Origin: a virus
Direction: 5' to 3' (one strand)
Length of the DNA stretch: 64,000 nucleotides
Virus record (IMG/VR): IMGVR_UViG_3300034112_001564
Span: 1-64,000 of that record
Part shown: piece by piece, positions 55,401 to 64,000 of the stretch
Numbering within the stretch: the stretch's first letter is position 1
Layout: each line of letters starts with the position of its first letter
Notes under the pieces: generated by a model
Told to the model about the DNA's origin: nothing
Seen by the model: the letters and a program-made list of their open reading frames with translations, nothing else
The model's database searches: none
Position numbers and translations under genes: made by a program

Positions 55401-58400
55401 AGCCTCTCCAATCTTCTCTGCGAGCTGGTCGGCCTGCTCCTTCGTGGAGGCGAGACCAATGGTACCCTTCCTGGCAGCGCTCTCGACGAAAGCTGCGTAC
55501 TTGTTGAAGGCGTCGGCGACGGGGCCGCTAGCCGCCGCCCCGATGTCCAGCAGCTTGGCCCTGATGAATCCGATCTGCTTTTCTGTGCGAGTGAACGCCG
55601 CGGTGTTCAGCGCGTCTCCAAGCGTGCCGCCGAGCTTGGCGGCCTGCTGCGTTCTGGTCAGCGCCCGCTCAAGGCCAGCGACCTTCTTTGCGACTGCATC
55701 GATCTCCGCCGCAGTTGACGATGGGCCAAGCCCCTTAAATGCGTCTCGAACCTTGTTGATCGCCGGAATCAACTGAGCCTGCAACGGCGTCGGCAGCTTT
55801 TCAAGGCTGGTCTGGAGCGATACGACATTAGCTTGGAGGTTGGCGTATCCACGAGCGGCTGTGCCGAAGTCTGCTCCAAGAACGTCCACTGGCGGTTTCG
55901 GCGGTTTCGGCGGCGGTGCCGCCGCGATCGCTGCGTCCCGCAACTGGCCCGCACGCTGGCCGGCAAGCCTCGCAGCCGCCTCGTTGCCAGCATTCGCGCC
56001 GACGAACGTCTCGATCTTGGCGATGTTCTTCTCGCCGATGGCTTTCATCGGGCCGTCAAGTTTCGCGACCGCCGCCTTGGCCTCGGCAAGGTTTTTCTTG
56101 AGGATATCGATGGGCTGGCTCGGATTCGCGCCGTCTCCGATGGCCGCCATCGCAGCCTTGAGGTCATCTGCCGCCTTCTTCGCCTGCAACTCCTTGTCGA
56201 CGAGATCGACGAACACCTTGATCAGCGGCGCGCCGAAGTCCGCGTTACCAAGCCCCGCGATGGCCGCGTCCTTGGCGGTCGTCACCCTCGCCAAGGCGGC
56301 GGGGTCGAGGCTGCCGGCTCTGGCGATGGTGCTACGCAGCTCGCCCTCGGCCTGCGCCCTGTTCTGCGGCAGTCCCGTGAACTGGAACGCGGCGGACTCC
56401 TTGAGGGCGTCGATGCTGGCCTTCAGGTCATCCGTCTTCTTCTTGGCGTCTGCGGTAGTGAGGTTGAACTTCTTGTCCTGGGCGACCTTGAATGCGATCT
56501 GGTCAAGAACGTCGTTGTACTTGTCCAAGTCGCCCAATTGTCGCGCCATTGCCGCGTCTTCTAGGAGCGGCTTGTAGTTCTGACGCTGTGCGCGGTCTAG
56601 GCCGACGATGTCGCCTTCTAGCTGCCCTCGGCGGCCGTCTGCCTGCTCCATGTTCTGCGGACGGCCGGTGATGACGAAGGCGGCGCGCTCGCGCATTGAC
56701 GTGATCTTCGCCGTGATCTCGTCAGCCTTTCTCTGCGCCTCGGCGGTGTCAATGGTGACCCTGATTTCTTTTTCCGCGACCTCCTGAGCCTCGCCGAGCT
56801 TCTTGATAACAAGATCAAGCGACAGTTGCGCTGGCCCCGTCGGGAGGCTATCAGCAATCACTGCTTGCAGCTTCGCGTACCGAACCGTGGCCTCCTGCGA
56901 AAGCCTGTTGACCTCCACGAGCGACTCGACAATCCTCGGGTTTGCCTGAATCGCCGAGGCCGGCAGCGCCGCTGCTTTGTCGCCGATAGCCGCTCCGCGG
57001 TCCAAAGACTCGGACAGCCCGGGCTGGTCAAAGAAAAGCTCCCTGCCGGTCTTGATCTTCCCGACCTTCGCCGACGCCTCGGCCAATCGCGAGACCGACG
57101 CCACGACCTGATCGACATCCTGCTTTATGCCGACGAACGTGGCCTCAATTGCCTTGGCGGGAGCGACGCCGTCATCGATCAGTCTTGCCAGCGACTCAAG
57201 ATCGTTTTGCACGCTTGAGAGCGCAGGCAGGAAACCAGCCTGAACCTCTCTGGTCAGCGTACCGAACTGCTGCGTGGCTGCCGCGATAGGCTTTGACAGC
57301 TCCTCCGACTGAGACACCATCTGCCGCATCTTCGTCGTCGCGGCCGTCAGGTCAGAGCGGCCAAGCTCTTCCATGACGCGAGGCAGTTTGCCGAGTACCG
57401 CCCCCGCGGCCTCGGCCTTCTTGGCGACATCGTCAAGCGTCTGAATGTCGACGTTCACGCCGAACTCAGCGGTGACCTTTTTGCCAAGTTGGCGATTCAG
57501 CTTGCCGAGCGTGCTTTCTGCCTCTGTCAGCTCGTCGTACTTCGCCTTGATGTCGACGACGCGCCCGCTGGCCTTGGCCTTCTCCAGAGCGGCCGTCAGC
57601 CTGTCGACCCTGTCCTGCGCCTCGGCGATCTGTGCCTTGAACTCGTCTGTCGATACACTGATCTTGGCGACCCTGGCCTGCTTCTTTTCAAGCGAATCGA
57701 TCTCCTCCGAGATGCCGTCGATCACCGCGCGGACCTTTTGAAGCTCTCGTTCATCACCGCGAACGCGAATGGCCTTCGCCTCAAGGGATGCCCGCTTGCT
57801 GTTCAGCGCATCAAGTTGTTCGTTGATCGCGTCGAGTTCGCGCGAACCGCCGCCGCCGGCTGCGGCCTGATCCTGCAACCTCTTCAAGGCCGCCGTAGCC
57901 TTGGCAAGCCGCCCCTCGAGCTTCTGCACCGCGGCGTCATCGACGGGGACGGTAACCTTGCCACCGCTGTCGGCCGCGGACTTGATCTCCTGCTTCAGCG
58001 CCTGAATCCGATCTTTGGCCGATTCGACATCCGCCGCCACCTTCATAACAGCGGGCGACGACCTGATCTGCTCACGAAGCTCGTTGATCTTCTCCAGGCC
58101 GCCGACGCGGGTGATGATCTCCACGTCCTTCGACGTAAGGCCGTTGATGGCATCGCGGAATTCCGTGATGCTCTTCATTCCGCTCGTCTTCAGGACGATG
58201 TCGATCTGTCGCTCGTTGAGACCTTGCAGCCGCCGCTGAAGGGCGTCCACGTCTCCGATGAGACCCTTGAAGCCCTTGAACGATAGCTTCATCGACTCGG
58301 CGGCCCGCAGAGACCGCTCGACTTTCTGGAGGGGCGTGTAGATACCCTCCAGAGCCCTAGCAGCCTGAGTGGACGCCGATGTCAGGTTGCCCTGCACCCG

Positions 58401-58508
58401 GCTGGCGAAGTTGGCGACTTCTTTCGCAGACTTCGCCAGCTTGCTGTCGAAGTCTCCCGTGCTCGCCGAGACAACTGCACTGATCTTGCCGAGGTAGCCG
58501 TTTGCCAT
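52497..58508 (-). CDS. tape measure protein
   Basis: 2003 aa, Ala-rich helical, follows G/GT chaperones. Confidence 0.88.
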   Translation of the reverse strand: MANGYLGKISAVVSASTGDFDSKLAKSAKEVANFASRVQGNLTSASTQAARALEGIYTPLQKVERSLRAAESMKLSFKGFKGLIGDVDALQRRLQGLNERQIDIVLKTSGMKSITEFRDAINGLTSKDVEIITRVGGLEKINELREQIRSSPAVMKVAADVESAKDRIQALKQEIKSAADSGGKVTVPVDDAAVQKLEGRLAKATAALKRLQDQAAAGGGGSRELDAINEQLDALNSKRASLEAKAIRVRGDERELQKVRAVIDGISEEIDSLEKKQARVAKISVSTDEFKAQIAEAQDRVDRLTAALEKAKASGRVVDIKAKYDELTEAESTLGKLNRQLGKKVTAEFGVNVDIQTLDDVAKKAEAAGAVLGKLPRVMEELGRSDLTAATTKMRQMVSQSEELSKPIAAATQQFGTLTREVQAGFLPALSSVQNDLESLARLIDDGVAPAKAIEATFVGIKQDVDQVVASVSRLAEASAKVGKIKTGRELFFDQPGLSESLDRGAAIGDKAAALPASAIQANPRIVESLVEVNRLSQEATVRYAKLQAVIADSLPTGPAQLSLDLVIKKLGEAQEVAEKEIRVTIDTAEAQRKADEITAKITSMRERAAFVITGRPQNMEQADGRRGQLEGDIVGLDRAQRQNYKPLLEDAAMARQLGDLDKYNDVLDQIAFKVAQDKKFNLTTADAKKKTDDLKASIDALKESAAFQFTGLPQNRAQAEGELRSTIARAGSLDPAALARVTTAKDAAIAGLGNADFGAPLIKVFVDLVDKELQAKKAADDLKAAMAAIGDGANPSQPIDILKKNLAEAKAAVAKLDGPMKAIGEKNIAKIETFVGANAGNEAAARLAGQRAGQLRDAAIAAAPPPKPPKPPVDVLGADFGTAARGYANLQANVVSLQTSLEKLPTPLQAQLIPAINKVRDAFKGLGPSSTAAEIDAVAKKVAGLERALTRTQQAAKLGGTLGDALNTAAFTRTEKQIGFIRAKLLDIGAAASGPVADAFNKYAAFVESAARKGTIGLASTKEQADQLAEKIGEAALAAGLFKSKAEAASFVKGIGDVGRAGADKFALGLNQAIFAVDDFMSSTGGLEFKLRAVSNNITQLGFIVGGTTGLFVGLGAVIAGQAAVGLIKWANNGRSAEDQTKALNEALARQKSLVEDLAQAFRSLGDAMSRGTFSAGGEQAAEFSRQMEDIRKKQNEAIRNNVADFDPEVIKERAEQRKLQDDIEKSTDVGEIVGLQRQLEDSRRRERDAADRAVSAPPPDFGQIQKRLRESLEAQAVAAARDEGASNPDDPFAPARAAAPFMERAASVPLAGSVSEAREQVDARIKELSTQIEGGLLTSNEAATAKKEIAELRLVLGSLSAPLLREINRTANEIAESSRGPAAQIRQAQEDVAEAIRRGVPNAAAFQRELDANAKKLKEAYVSLEEAQKETDPDKKRAKVDEAKANIDQVEAEGAGIRLRSRETRLGRTFGGERTTAALASIQGNERFAGDEYSIRTTAYIEAAIDREIEARGQLEVATAKGSDAEIKAAEAELEAAQSASEAAAAFAEAAVAVEAALTRIRKVGESAVQRSEQGADAAQKAFEENPLRAGSGQSRDDAERRLIDDRARVAQAQVDLDIRRGVVQNDPRMQGINKEFEAITQRRADLEAKARIGSLDPAEQNELDAARKREIELMRQREHLARNLTEAERKQLDAINNGIAAREKELEKSRQRAAEDPTFKRRMDAANQIIADSERQANEAQERYINNPTEQNRTDRNAADAQLRADRELAQKLQDDLDNKRKEIEQDPLFAANNRLIAANDERLAALAEKEASVGLTQREKDERIARQKDSRRMLAERDLMIADGTRDEQKAIDIERMIQNDRDRALRGRDLGMTDRERFRKEFTEGAGADINANALDMLLKGENPQAFLRQAIQNQMEQVAPMLQQFQEERQNALLQGPSRAALNVSDVSTSQGQSELNRLLRGDDSAKDVNLAELRKQTDKLDEVVRAIKEGNPGVLL

Positions 58509-58512
58509 CGAT

Positions 58513-58836
58513 TCATCCCTGAATTGGCGTGTTCAACTTCATCAGCTCGGCCATGATCTGATCGTTCGTCTGCTCCGGCTTGATCACGCTCGGGATGAAC
58601 GCAGCCTCGTCTGGGAGGTCATGCTTCTTGTAGTTCCCAGACGAGGCCATGATCACCCTGCACAGTCTGGCCGTTTGCCCCCACGGGTCAGGCAGCGGCC
58701 ACCTCTGATCAAATGCGTACCATTCGGCGATCTCCGCGCTGTCAACCTCCTGCAACAGACGCTTGACGCTCATCCCCAGCGTCGCCGCTAGGCGGAAGTA
58801 GAACCTCCGCTCTGGGCGGTTTCGGAATCTTCCCCC
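58513..58836 (-). CDS. tail assembly chaperone GT extension (-1 frame)
   Basis: open -1 frame from slippery site: RFRNRPERRFYFRLAATLGMSVKRLL...EW.A. Confidence 0.75.
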   Translation of the reverse strand, partial: GGRFRNRPERRFYFRLAATLGMSVKRLLQEVDSAEIAEWYAFDQRWPLPDPWGQTARLCRVIMASSGNYKKHDLPDEAAFIPSVIKPEQTNDQIMAELMKLNTPIQG

Positions 58837-59159
58837 AGGGCATCCACTGCCTCCTGCGTGAAGGCATTCAGCTTCCAGCCGGCCTCGAAGAGACGGTTGA
58901 TCACAACCGAAGACTTCTTGCCGAGAATGTCGGCCTCGTCGTCACTGAAGAGCCGCTCTCCATCCTCGTCGCACAGAGCGAGCAGGAGGAAGCGAATGCG
59001 AAACGCCTTCATCTTCTGGTCGGCGTAGCTCTCCTCGAACCTGTCGCGGTCGGTGCCAGTGAGCACACGGAGATACACGTCGCCCTTCCACTCGGGGACG
59101 GCGACCTTCTCCTTGCGAACGTCGTCGGCGGCCAGGATGCTCTTTCGATCAAGTGCCAT
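58788..59159 (-). CDS. tail assembly chaperone G
   Basis: VAVPEW.G.V..R.LTG.DRD.FE...LCDEDGERLF. Confidence 0.85.
   Translation of the reverse strand: MALDRKSILAADDVRKEKVAVPEWKGDVYLRVLTGTDRDRFEESYADQKMKAFRIRFLLLALCDEDGERLFSDDEADILGKKSSVVINRLFEAGWKLNAFTQEAVDALGEDSETAQSGGSTSA
58830..58836 (-). other. programmed -1 frameshift site GGGGGAA
   Basis: CTG GGG GAA near end of G; -1 frame joins the 58513-58773 ORF. Confidence 0.75.
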
Positions 59160-59204
59160 GTCTGCTCTGCTCCCAGTAACGGTGTGGCGCGGCATCCTTG
59201 CCGG

Positions 59205-59570
59205 CTATGCTGCTTGGTAATCAGTCATCAAGAACTTGAGCGAGCCTCGCACCAGCTCGCCCGCCTGCGCGCCTACAGACGCGGACTCGCAGACCACTCG
59301 CCGGCTGATGCTGTAGCCCCTCGACGAGAACGTGAGCTGGCCGACCCTCCTGACGAGCAACTGCGGGTCGACATTCGATGTCAGGAAGTCGACGGTTATG
59401 GTGCCGCCGGACCACTCCCCGGTCGGCACCGCAACCATGCTGCCCAGCACGTCGTTGGCAGAGGTCATGTTGACGACCTCCGCAGTCGGCATCTCCACAG
59501 AGATGCCGACCAGCGACCCGCTGAAGTTCAGGAACGAAAAGGTCGCGCCGTGTGCGGTGGCCCCGGCCAT
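59205..59570 (-). CDS. tail tube-like protein 2
   Basis: position; resembles 59591-59920. Confidence 0.6.
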   Translation of the reverse strand: MAGATAHGATFSFLNFSGSLVGISVEMPTAEVVNMTSANDVLGSMVAVPTGEWSGGTITVDFLTSNVDPQLLVRRVGQLTFSSRGYSISRRVVCESASVGAQAGELVRGSLKFLMTDYQAA

Positions 59571-59590
59571 GTCGGGTCACCTCCAGGGCG

Positions 59591-59920
59591 TTAGGCGACC
59601 CGCCAAGTCGCGTTGCCCTTGATGAGATCGCCGACGGTGCCGCCCACGGTCGACGCCGTGAGGGTGGCGTTGCCGGTGAAGCTAACCGGGCCGGCGATGC
59701 TGATCGCCGCGGACTGAATCGTGATGACGGTCGTGGCGATGTAGTCGCAGGAGATTTCCCGCTGCACGAACGTGGGGACGTACTCCCGACGCCCGCCAGG
59801 GGGGATGCCGAGATGCGAACCATCGGCGTTGTCGATCTGGTCGTTGACATTGAAGCTCGTAATCACCAGCGTCTGACCGCTGTAGGTCATCGTCACGCCC
59901 ATCGCAGCAACACCGGCCAT
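59591..59920 (-). CDS. tail tube-like protein 1
   Basis: position after tail terminator, AAGGAGG RBS. Confidence 0.6.
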   Translation of the reverse strand: MAGVAAMGVTMTYSGQTLVITSFNVNDQIDNADGSHLGIPPGGRREYVPTFVQREISCDYIATTVITIQSAAISIAGPVSFTGNATLTASTVGGTVGDLIKGNATWRVA

Positions 59921-59944
59921 AGTGCGCCTCCTTGCGCTAAAGTC

Positions 59945-60370
59945 TTATTCGGTAGCTTCGGACCACCGAATCTGAAACAGTTGTCGAACCTCGTATGCGG
60001 GCGGGAGCTGGGCTCCCACGGCTGCCGGGTCCAGATAGTCATCTGTCTCCGACACGAGCCGTATATCACTTATTGTAACGCCCGCGAGGGTGCCAGTGCG
60101 TCCATCCAAAGCGAGACGCACCTCGTCGGCAAGCTCGCGGGCAACGTCGTAGTAGAGTGCCCAGGAGGCGATCTGGAGATGCACGATCGGCTGGTACATC
60201 GGGCCTGCGAGATGGGCCTCGCGGGTGATGTTATTCCGCTTGTAGATGCAGAACGGCAGGACGGCGTTTTTCGGCACCGCGATCGGGTAGACCTGAAAAC
60301 CGACCAGCCTCGCCACCTCCGGCGAGGTGATGAGCCTCTGGAAAACGTGTTTTTCTGGGGAGATGATCAC
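59945..60370 (-). CDS. tail completion/terminator protein (DUF3168-like)
   Basis: VYP..P....P...Y...LQI..W...A..LA..VR.ALDG. Confidence 0.8.
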   Translation of the reverse strand: MIISPEKHVFQRLITSPEVARLVGFQVYPIAVPKNAVLPFCIYKRNNITREAHLAGPMYQPIVHLQIASWALYYDVARELADEVRLALDGRTGTLAGVTISDIRLVSETDDYLDPAAVGAQLPPAYEVRQLFQIRWSEATE

Positions 60371-61104
60371 TTACTGAGCCTGTCAAGCGAGTTCTGGATT
60401 GCTGCCTTGAGCGTATTCAGTACAGCGTCCTTGGTTTCGGCGATGGACCGCTCCATCGCGTGGCTGGCTGGCATCGGAGCGTAGGTGTCGCCTGGGTGGA
60501 GGGTGATCGGATGCTGCCTGCCGTTGGAGTAGCCGAAATCGTGGGGGTAGCCGATGCCTTGGCGGGCCTGCCGCGTCTCTTCGTCGCGGCTGCCCATCAA
60601 AAAGTAGTAGCCCCTCGACATATTGGCGAACTGCTGGTCATTCGCCGACGAGTGGCGTCGCATCTTGCCGTTGATCATCTGGTGGACGTTGACGTAGGTG
60701 CGGCGGCCCTTGGTCCCCGGCCTGCGCGGGCCGGACCCGAACTCCTTCAGCCAAGCGTGGTTGCCCGAAGCCTGCTTGTCAGTGCTGCGGCCCGTTCCAG
60801 ACTGGTACGGTCCCACAATCGCCACAGTTGCCGCATCGTAGACTTTGGTTTCGATCCTTGTCGATCTCGCGAGGTTGCCGGTGACGTTGCCGACCTTCGA
60901 CTGATAGCTTCGCTTTATGTGGCTGCTGGCCTTTCTGACGGCCTGCTCGAGCGCCTTTGGCTCGCCCACCTCTGCGGCGAGCTTCTGGAGCCTCTCGGCC
61001 AATTCACGGACACCCTCCATCCTGACCGACACGAACCCCTCGGCCAGCGACTTGCCGGTGCTGCCGCCAATCGATCTCGGAGTCCCGTAGCCCTGCGTAA
61101 TCAT
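60367..61104 (-). CDS. HK97 gp10-like tail morphogenesis protein
   Basis: TGNLARS, HAWLKEFG. Confidence 0.75.
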   Translation of the reverse strand: MITQGYGTPRSIGGSTGKSLAEGFVSVRMEGVRELAERLQKLAAEVGEPKALEQAVRKASSHIKRSYQSKVGNVTGNLARSTRIETKVYDAATVAIVGPYQSGTGRSTDKQASGNHAWLKEFGSGPRRPGTKGRRTYVNVHQMINGKMRRHSSANDQQFANMSRGYYFLMGSRDEETRQARQGIGYPHDFGYSNGRQHPITLHPGDTYAPMPASHAMERSIAETKDAVLNTLKAAIQNSLDRLSK

Positions 61105-61427
61105 GTCGCGTCCTCCCTCGCCAGTATCTCATGGATCGAGCGGGTCTCTCGCTCAAGGACGCTAGAAATCTCCATCACACGGCCCCTCCAGAGAAGCCGG
61201 TGCTGGTGATTTAGGCCGGGGAAGAACCTGATCCGAACGCGGTGCGTCACGATCGCGCCGGCCTGCTGGGCGGCGAAGTAGTCGCTGGCCCTAACGCCCA
61301 TGATGCTGGCGTAGACTGTGGCCTCGTCCACCCAGGTCAGCGTCGTCTCGCCGAAGGAACTCTGCTGCTCCACGGGCTTCTGGATCGTGACCCGCTCGCG
61401 CATCGTGCCCGAATTGATCATGGTCAC
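61101..61427 (-). CDS. head closure (head-tail adaptor) protein
   Basis: G.MRERVTIQ...W...THRVRIR. Confidence 0.85.
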   Translation of the reverse strand: MTMINSGTMRERVTIQKPVEQQSSFGETTLTWVDEATVYASIMGVRASDYFAAQQAGAIVTHRVRIRFFPGLNHQHRLLWRGRVMEISSVLERETRSIHEILAREDAT

Positions 61428-61753
61428 CCCATCCAGAGGGCGGTGTACGAACCCGTGCCGGACGGCGCAGAGACTGTGATCGTCGTTGTAACTGGCAGCA
61501 CGGCCACGCGGCCGGCGGCCACGTTGAAGCTGCCAGCCAGCCGCAGGACGCTCGTGCCCGTGTTCTTGACCACCAGCGTCGAGAGCGGCGTCGCCCCGAC
61601 GATCTGAACGGCGGCTGTGCCGACGCTGCCGTTGATCGTCTGAGCGCTCGTCAGCGACGGGGAAATGTGCTCGGACAGCGAGCCGATCGTGAGCGAAGTG
61701 TCACTCGAGTCGTGGTAGACGGCGTCGATGTCGATGCGGGCCTTGACGGTCAT
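61424..61753 (-). CDS. hypothetical virion protein
   Basis: ATGA-coupled within head-tail module. Confidence 0.65.
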   Translation of the reverse strand: MTVKARIDIDAVYHDSSDTSLTIGSLSEHISPSLTSAQTINGSVGTAAVQIVGATPLSTLVVKNTGTSVLRLAGSFNVAAGRVAVLPVTTTITVSAPSGTGSYTALWMG

Positions 61754-62391
61754 CGGTAAACCCCCATGCTGGCCGCGGCCAGGAGCGTATCGAACGTCTG
61801 CGGCACAGAAACGGGTGCCCCCGTGACCGCCGGCTGCCTCGTGTCGAACCAGTGGGCCACGAGCAGGCAAATCAAGTGCTTGACCACGGGCGGCGCGCTC
61901 TGCCCGTCGTCGCCGTAGCCCGCCGAATACCGCACCGTGACTGAATTTTCGTCGCCGCGGGTCGCGGGCCAAGCTCTGGCCCACTGCGGGTAAATCCGCC
62001 CAGGCAGGACGCTGGCGTCGACCTGAAAGTCGCCGTTCGCGCTCAAGAGCGTGCCGTAGGTGCCGTCGCCGTTGCGATAGGTCACCGTGATCGACCTGTC
62101 CAGAAGCGGCAGGCGGGGCAGGATGATCGCCCAGACAGGAAACAGGTCGTACTTGGCCTCCCACACGGTCGTGCAGATCGTGATGTCAAGAACATCCTCG
62201 ACATACTGCCTCGCCACGGCGATGAGACCCTGGATGTAGAGGTCATCCACATCGGTATCCACCCGGCAATGCTGCTTCGCCGTCGACAGGCTGACCGGCT
62301 CCACGGCCGGGTTCGTAATGCGTCGCAGGCTGCGAAACGGCGTAATCGTCGCCGTCGGCCTCTGCGGCGTGCCGAAGACAATCTGATCCAT
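61750..62391 (-). CDS. head-tail connector protein (gp6-like)
   Basis: EPVSL..AK.H.RVD, AGYG, LLVAHWF..R. Confidence 0.9.
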   Translation of the reverse strand: MDQIVFGTPQRPTATITPFRSLRRITNPAVEPVSLSTAKQHCRVDTDVDDLYIQGLIAVARQYVEDVLDITICTTVWEAKYDLFPVWAIILPRLPLLDRSITVTYRNGDGTYGTLLSANGDFQVDASVLPGRIYPQWARAWPATRGDENSVTVRYSAGYGDDGQSAPPVVKHLICLLVAHWFDTRQPAVTGAPVSVPQTFDTLLAAASMGVYR

Positions 62392-62583
62392 TTATCGCCT
62401 CTTCTTCGGTGTGTGCTTGACGGCCACTTCCGCACGCTCGACGGCCTCGGGGACAGCCTCGGCGGTCTCGACCTCTTCGATCAGCCCGCGGCGGATGAGG
62501 ATGTCGCACATCCCGGCCGCCCAGTCCTCGAAGACCTGCCCCTTCTCGTAGCAGTCAAAATTCTGGAGCACGCGGATTTTCAA
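62392..62583 (-). CDS. small head-module protein
   Basis: TTG start overlapping upstream stop; LIRRGLIE, basic tail. Confidence 0.6.
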   Translation of the reverse strand: MKIRVLQNFDCYEKGQVFEDWAAGMCDILIRRGLIEEVETAEAVPEAVERAEVAVKHTPKKRR

Positions 62584-63308
62584 TGAACGTGCCCCCAGGC
62601 GCTTTCCGGTGCCTTCTGGCCGTTCGTCCAGTATTCCGTCGTGTGCTGCTGCACCTTGCCGCCGTCGGCCGTCCTCGAGGGCCATGTGACCATCAGTTCG
62701 GCGTGGCCGACGCTGACATGCGTGGCGAGGCCCAGCTTGTTGCCGCAGGCGGCCCACGACTTCCAGAACGAGATGTCCTCGTCGGTATGGCCCCCCGTCC
62801 ACTCTCCCTGGTCGTTCGCCTTGGCGAGGAACCAGGGCTTCTTCATCTTCTTGAGGCCCGAGGTCCGCAGGAATGTCAGGCCGAAGTGGGCCGTCTCCAC
62901 GGGCTGCACGACCTTGTTGAAGAAGTCGCCGTCCACCGTCGTCTTCTGGTCAACGTCACTGCCGGCCAGGGCGAACATCACCGCGTTCGCCTCCCGCTTC
63001 GTCTGAAGCGGAGCGATGGCGTCGTAGCCAGAGTGCAGGAGCAGTGCAAGGAGCGCCTCGACCGTCTTCGCACTGAAGACCGTGTCGTAGTCGATGGTCA
63101 GGATCACGTCGTGCGTGTCGACGACCTGCTCCATCGCTCGCTGAAGGCACTGGCCCCAGAAGGCACCCGTCACCTTGATGGGACTGATGCCATGCGGGGC
63201 CAGTGCCGACGAGACACAGAAGAAATTGTCGGTAAATCCAAGCCGCGGGGTGCTCATCACCGCCGCGACTTTGATTTCCGCTTCGACGTTACCGACTCTG
63301 ATCAGCAT
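62580..63308 (-). CDS. putative GT-A fold glycosyltransferase
   Basis: ILTIDYD (DxD), HFGLTFL, PWF, EDISF, VGH. Confidence 0.55.
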   Translation of the reverse strand: MLIRVGNVEAEIKVAAVMSTPRLGFTDNFFCVSSALAPHGISPIKVTGAFWGQCLQRAMEQVVDTHDVILTIDYDTVFSAKTVEALLALLLHSGYDAIAPLQTKREANAVMFALAGSDVDQKTTVDGDFFNKVVQPVETAHFGLTFLRTSGLKKMKKPWFLAKANDQGEWTGGHTDEDISFWKSWAACGNKLGLATHVSVGHAELMVTWPSRTADGGKVQQHTTEYWTNGQKAPESAWGHVH

Positions 63309-63384
63309 GGATCGCTCCGTGTGTGGAGCGGGCGCGCATCCATGCGCCTTTGTCGGCCATCATGGCCGTCCCGCAGTTCGGGAA

Positions 63385-63810
63385 TCAGCCCTTGACCCAG
63401 CCGATGACGCCAGCGTCAGCCGCCGTCACCGGAGCCTCTTCGCCACGCGACAGACGAGCCGACACCACGGTGTTCACGCTGACCGCGGGGGTCGCCGTGA
63501 CCTTGAGGTAACGCTTCTTCGCCTTGGTGTCGATATCGAGCTTCACGATGGCGGCCGACGCGGTGTCGGACACAGCCGGAATCGTGAAGTCGGTGCCGCC
63601 GACGAGGCCCGACACGTTCGAGTAGGACGAGTTGTCATCCGACTCTTCGACCTTCAGCACGCTGGCGAACACCGTCGAGGCGTTGCTCGCCCGCAGCACG
63701 TCCACGCTCGCGTGGTCGTAGCCGAGGGTGTCGATCGTCAGGGTCACTGCGCTGGTGCCGACGGCCGCGGGGACGGAGCCGACAACCTTATCGTTCTGAG
63801 AATGGATCAT
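63385..63810 (-). CDS. capsid-associated (cement/decoration-like) protein
   Basis: follows capsid gene; IDT.GY, ESDD, KRYL.V. Confidence 0.65.
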   Translation of the reverse strand: MIHSQNDKVVGSVPAAVGTSAVTLTIDTLGYDHASVDVLRASNASTVFASVLKVEESDDNSSYSNVSGLVGGTDFTIPAVSDTASAAIVKLDIDTKAKKRYLKVTATPAVSVNTVVSARLSRGEEAPVTAADAGVIGWVKG

Positions 63811-63848
63811 GGTTCTGGGGTTCTCCTTCTAGAGGGTGTTTGTCAGGC

Positions 63849-64000
63849 TCACGACGCCGCGGACTTGAGAGCAACCACGGGGCCGGCGGTCGTGTTGTCG
63901 CCGAGCGAGTGATGAACCACGTCGAACCGCATCGTGCCCTGGAGCAGGAGCTGATCGGTCGTGGCGTAGACTTGGTCGTACATCCGCACTGCGAAGTCGC
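63849..64000 (-). CDS. major capsid protein, C-terminal part (partial)
   Basis: YATTDQLLLQGTMRFD...GPVVALK resembles an HK97-fold terminus; runs off window. Confidence 0.7.
   Translation of the reverse strand, partial: DFAVRMYDQVYATTDQLLLQGTMRFDVVHHSLGDNTTAGPVVALKSAAS

Overview
High-GC dsDNA tailed-phage (siphovirus-like, probably temperate) sequence; no host housekeeping genes were recognised. 1-9046: a + strand block of small early-type genes (GP88-like, LPD1-type metallopeptidase-like, ASCH, HTH). It carries a conserved promoter family, a 14-copy tandem array and at least 17 co-oriented copies of a bipartite motif CCCG-N6-GAAAC. 9060-32634 (- strand): HNH, an intein-interrupted papain-like peptidase with membrane/lipoprotein neighbours, a glycosyltransferase-methyltransferase cluster, VRR-NUC, MazG-like, GNAT, trypsin-like protease, a queD-queE-NDT-TGT-like 7-deazaguanine cluster, csrA, UvrD-like helicase, prim-pol, an HNH-NDT fusion, a structured intergenic RNA and an SNF2-like helicase. 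33165-34019: tyrosine integrase. 34016-64000 (- strand): tail fibre/adhesin genes including a 2098-aa FN3 protein, a nucleotide-metabolism island, tape measure, G/GT frameshift chaperone, tail tube-like, head-tail genes and the end of the major capsid gene. A Planctomycetota host is a tentative inference. All product calls come from motifs read by eye, with no database search.
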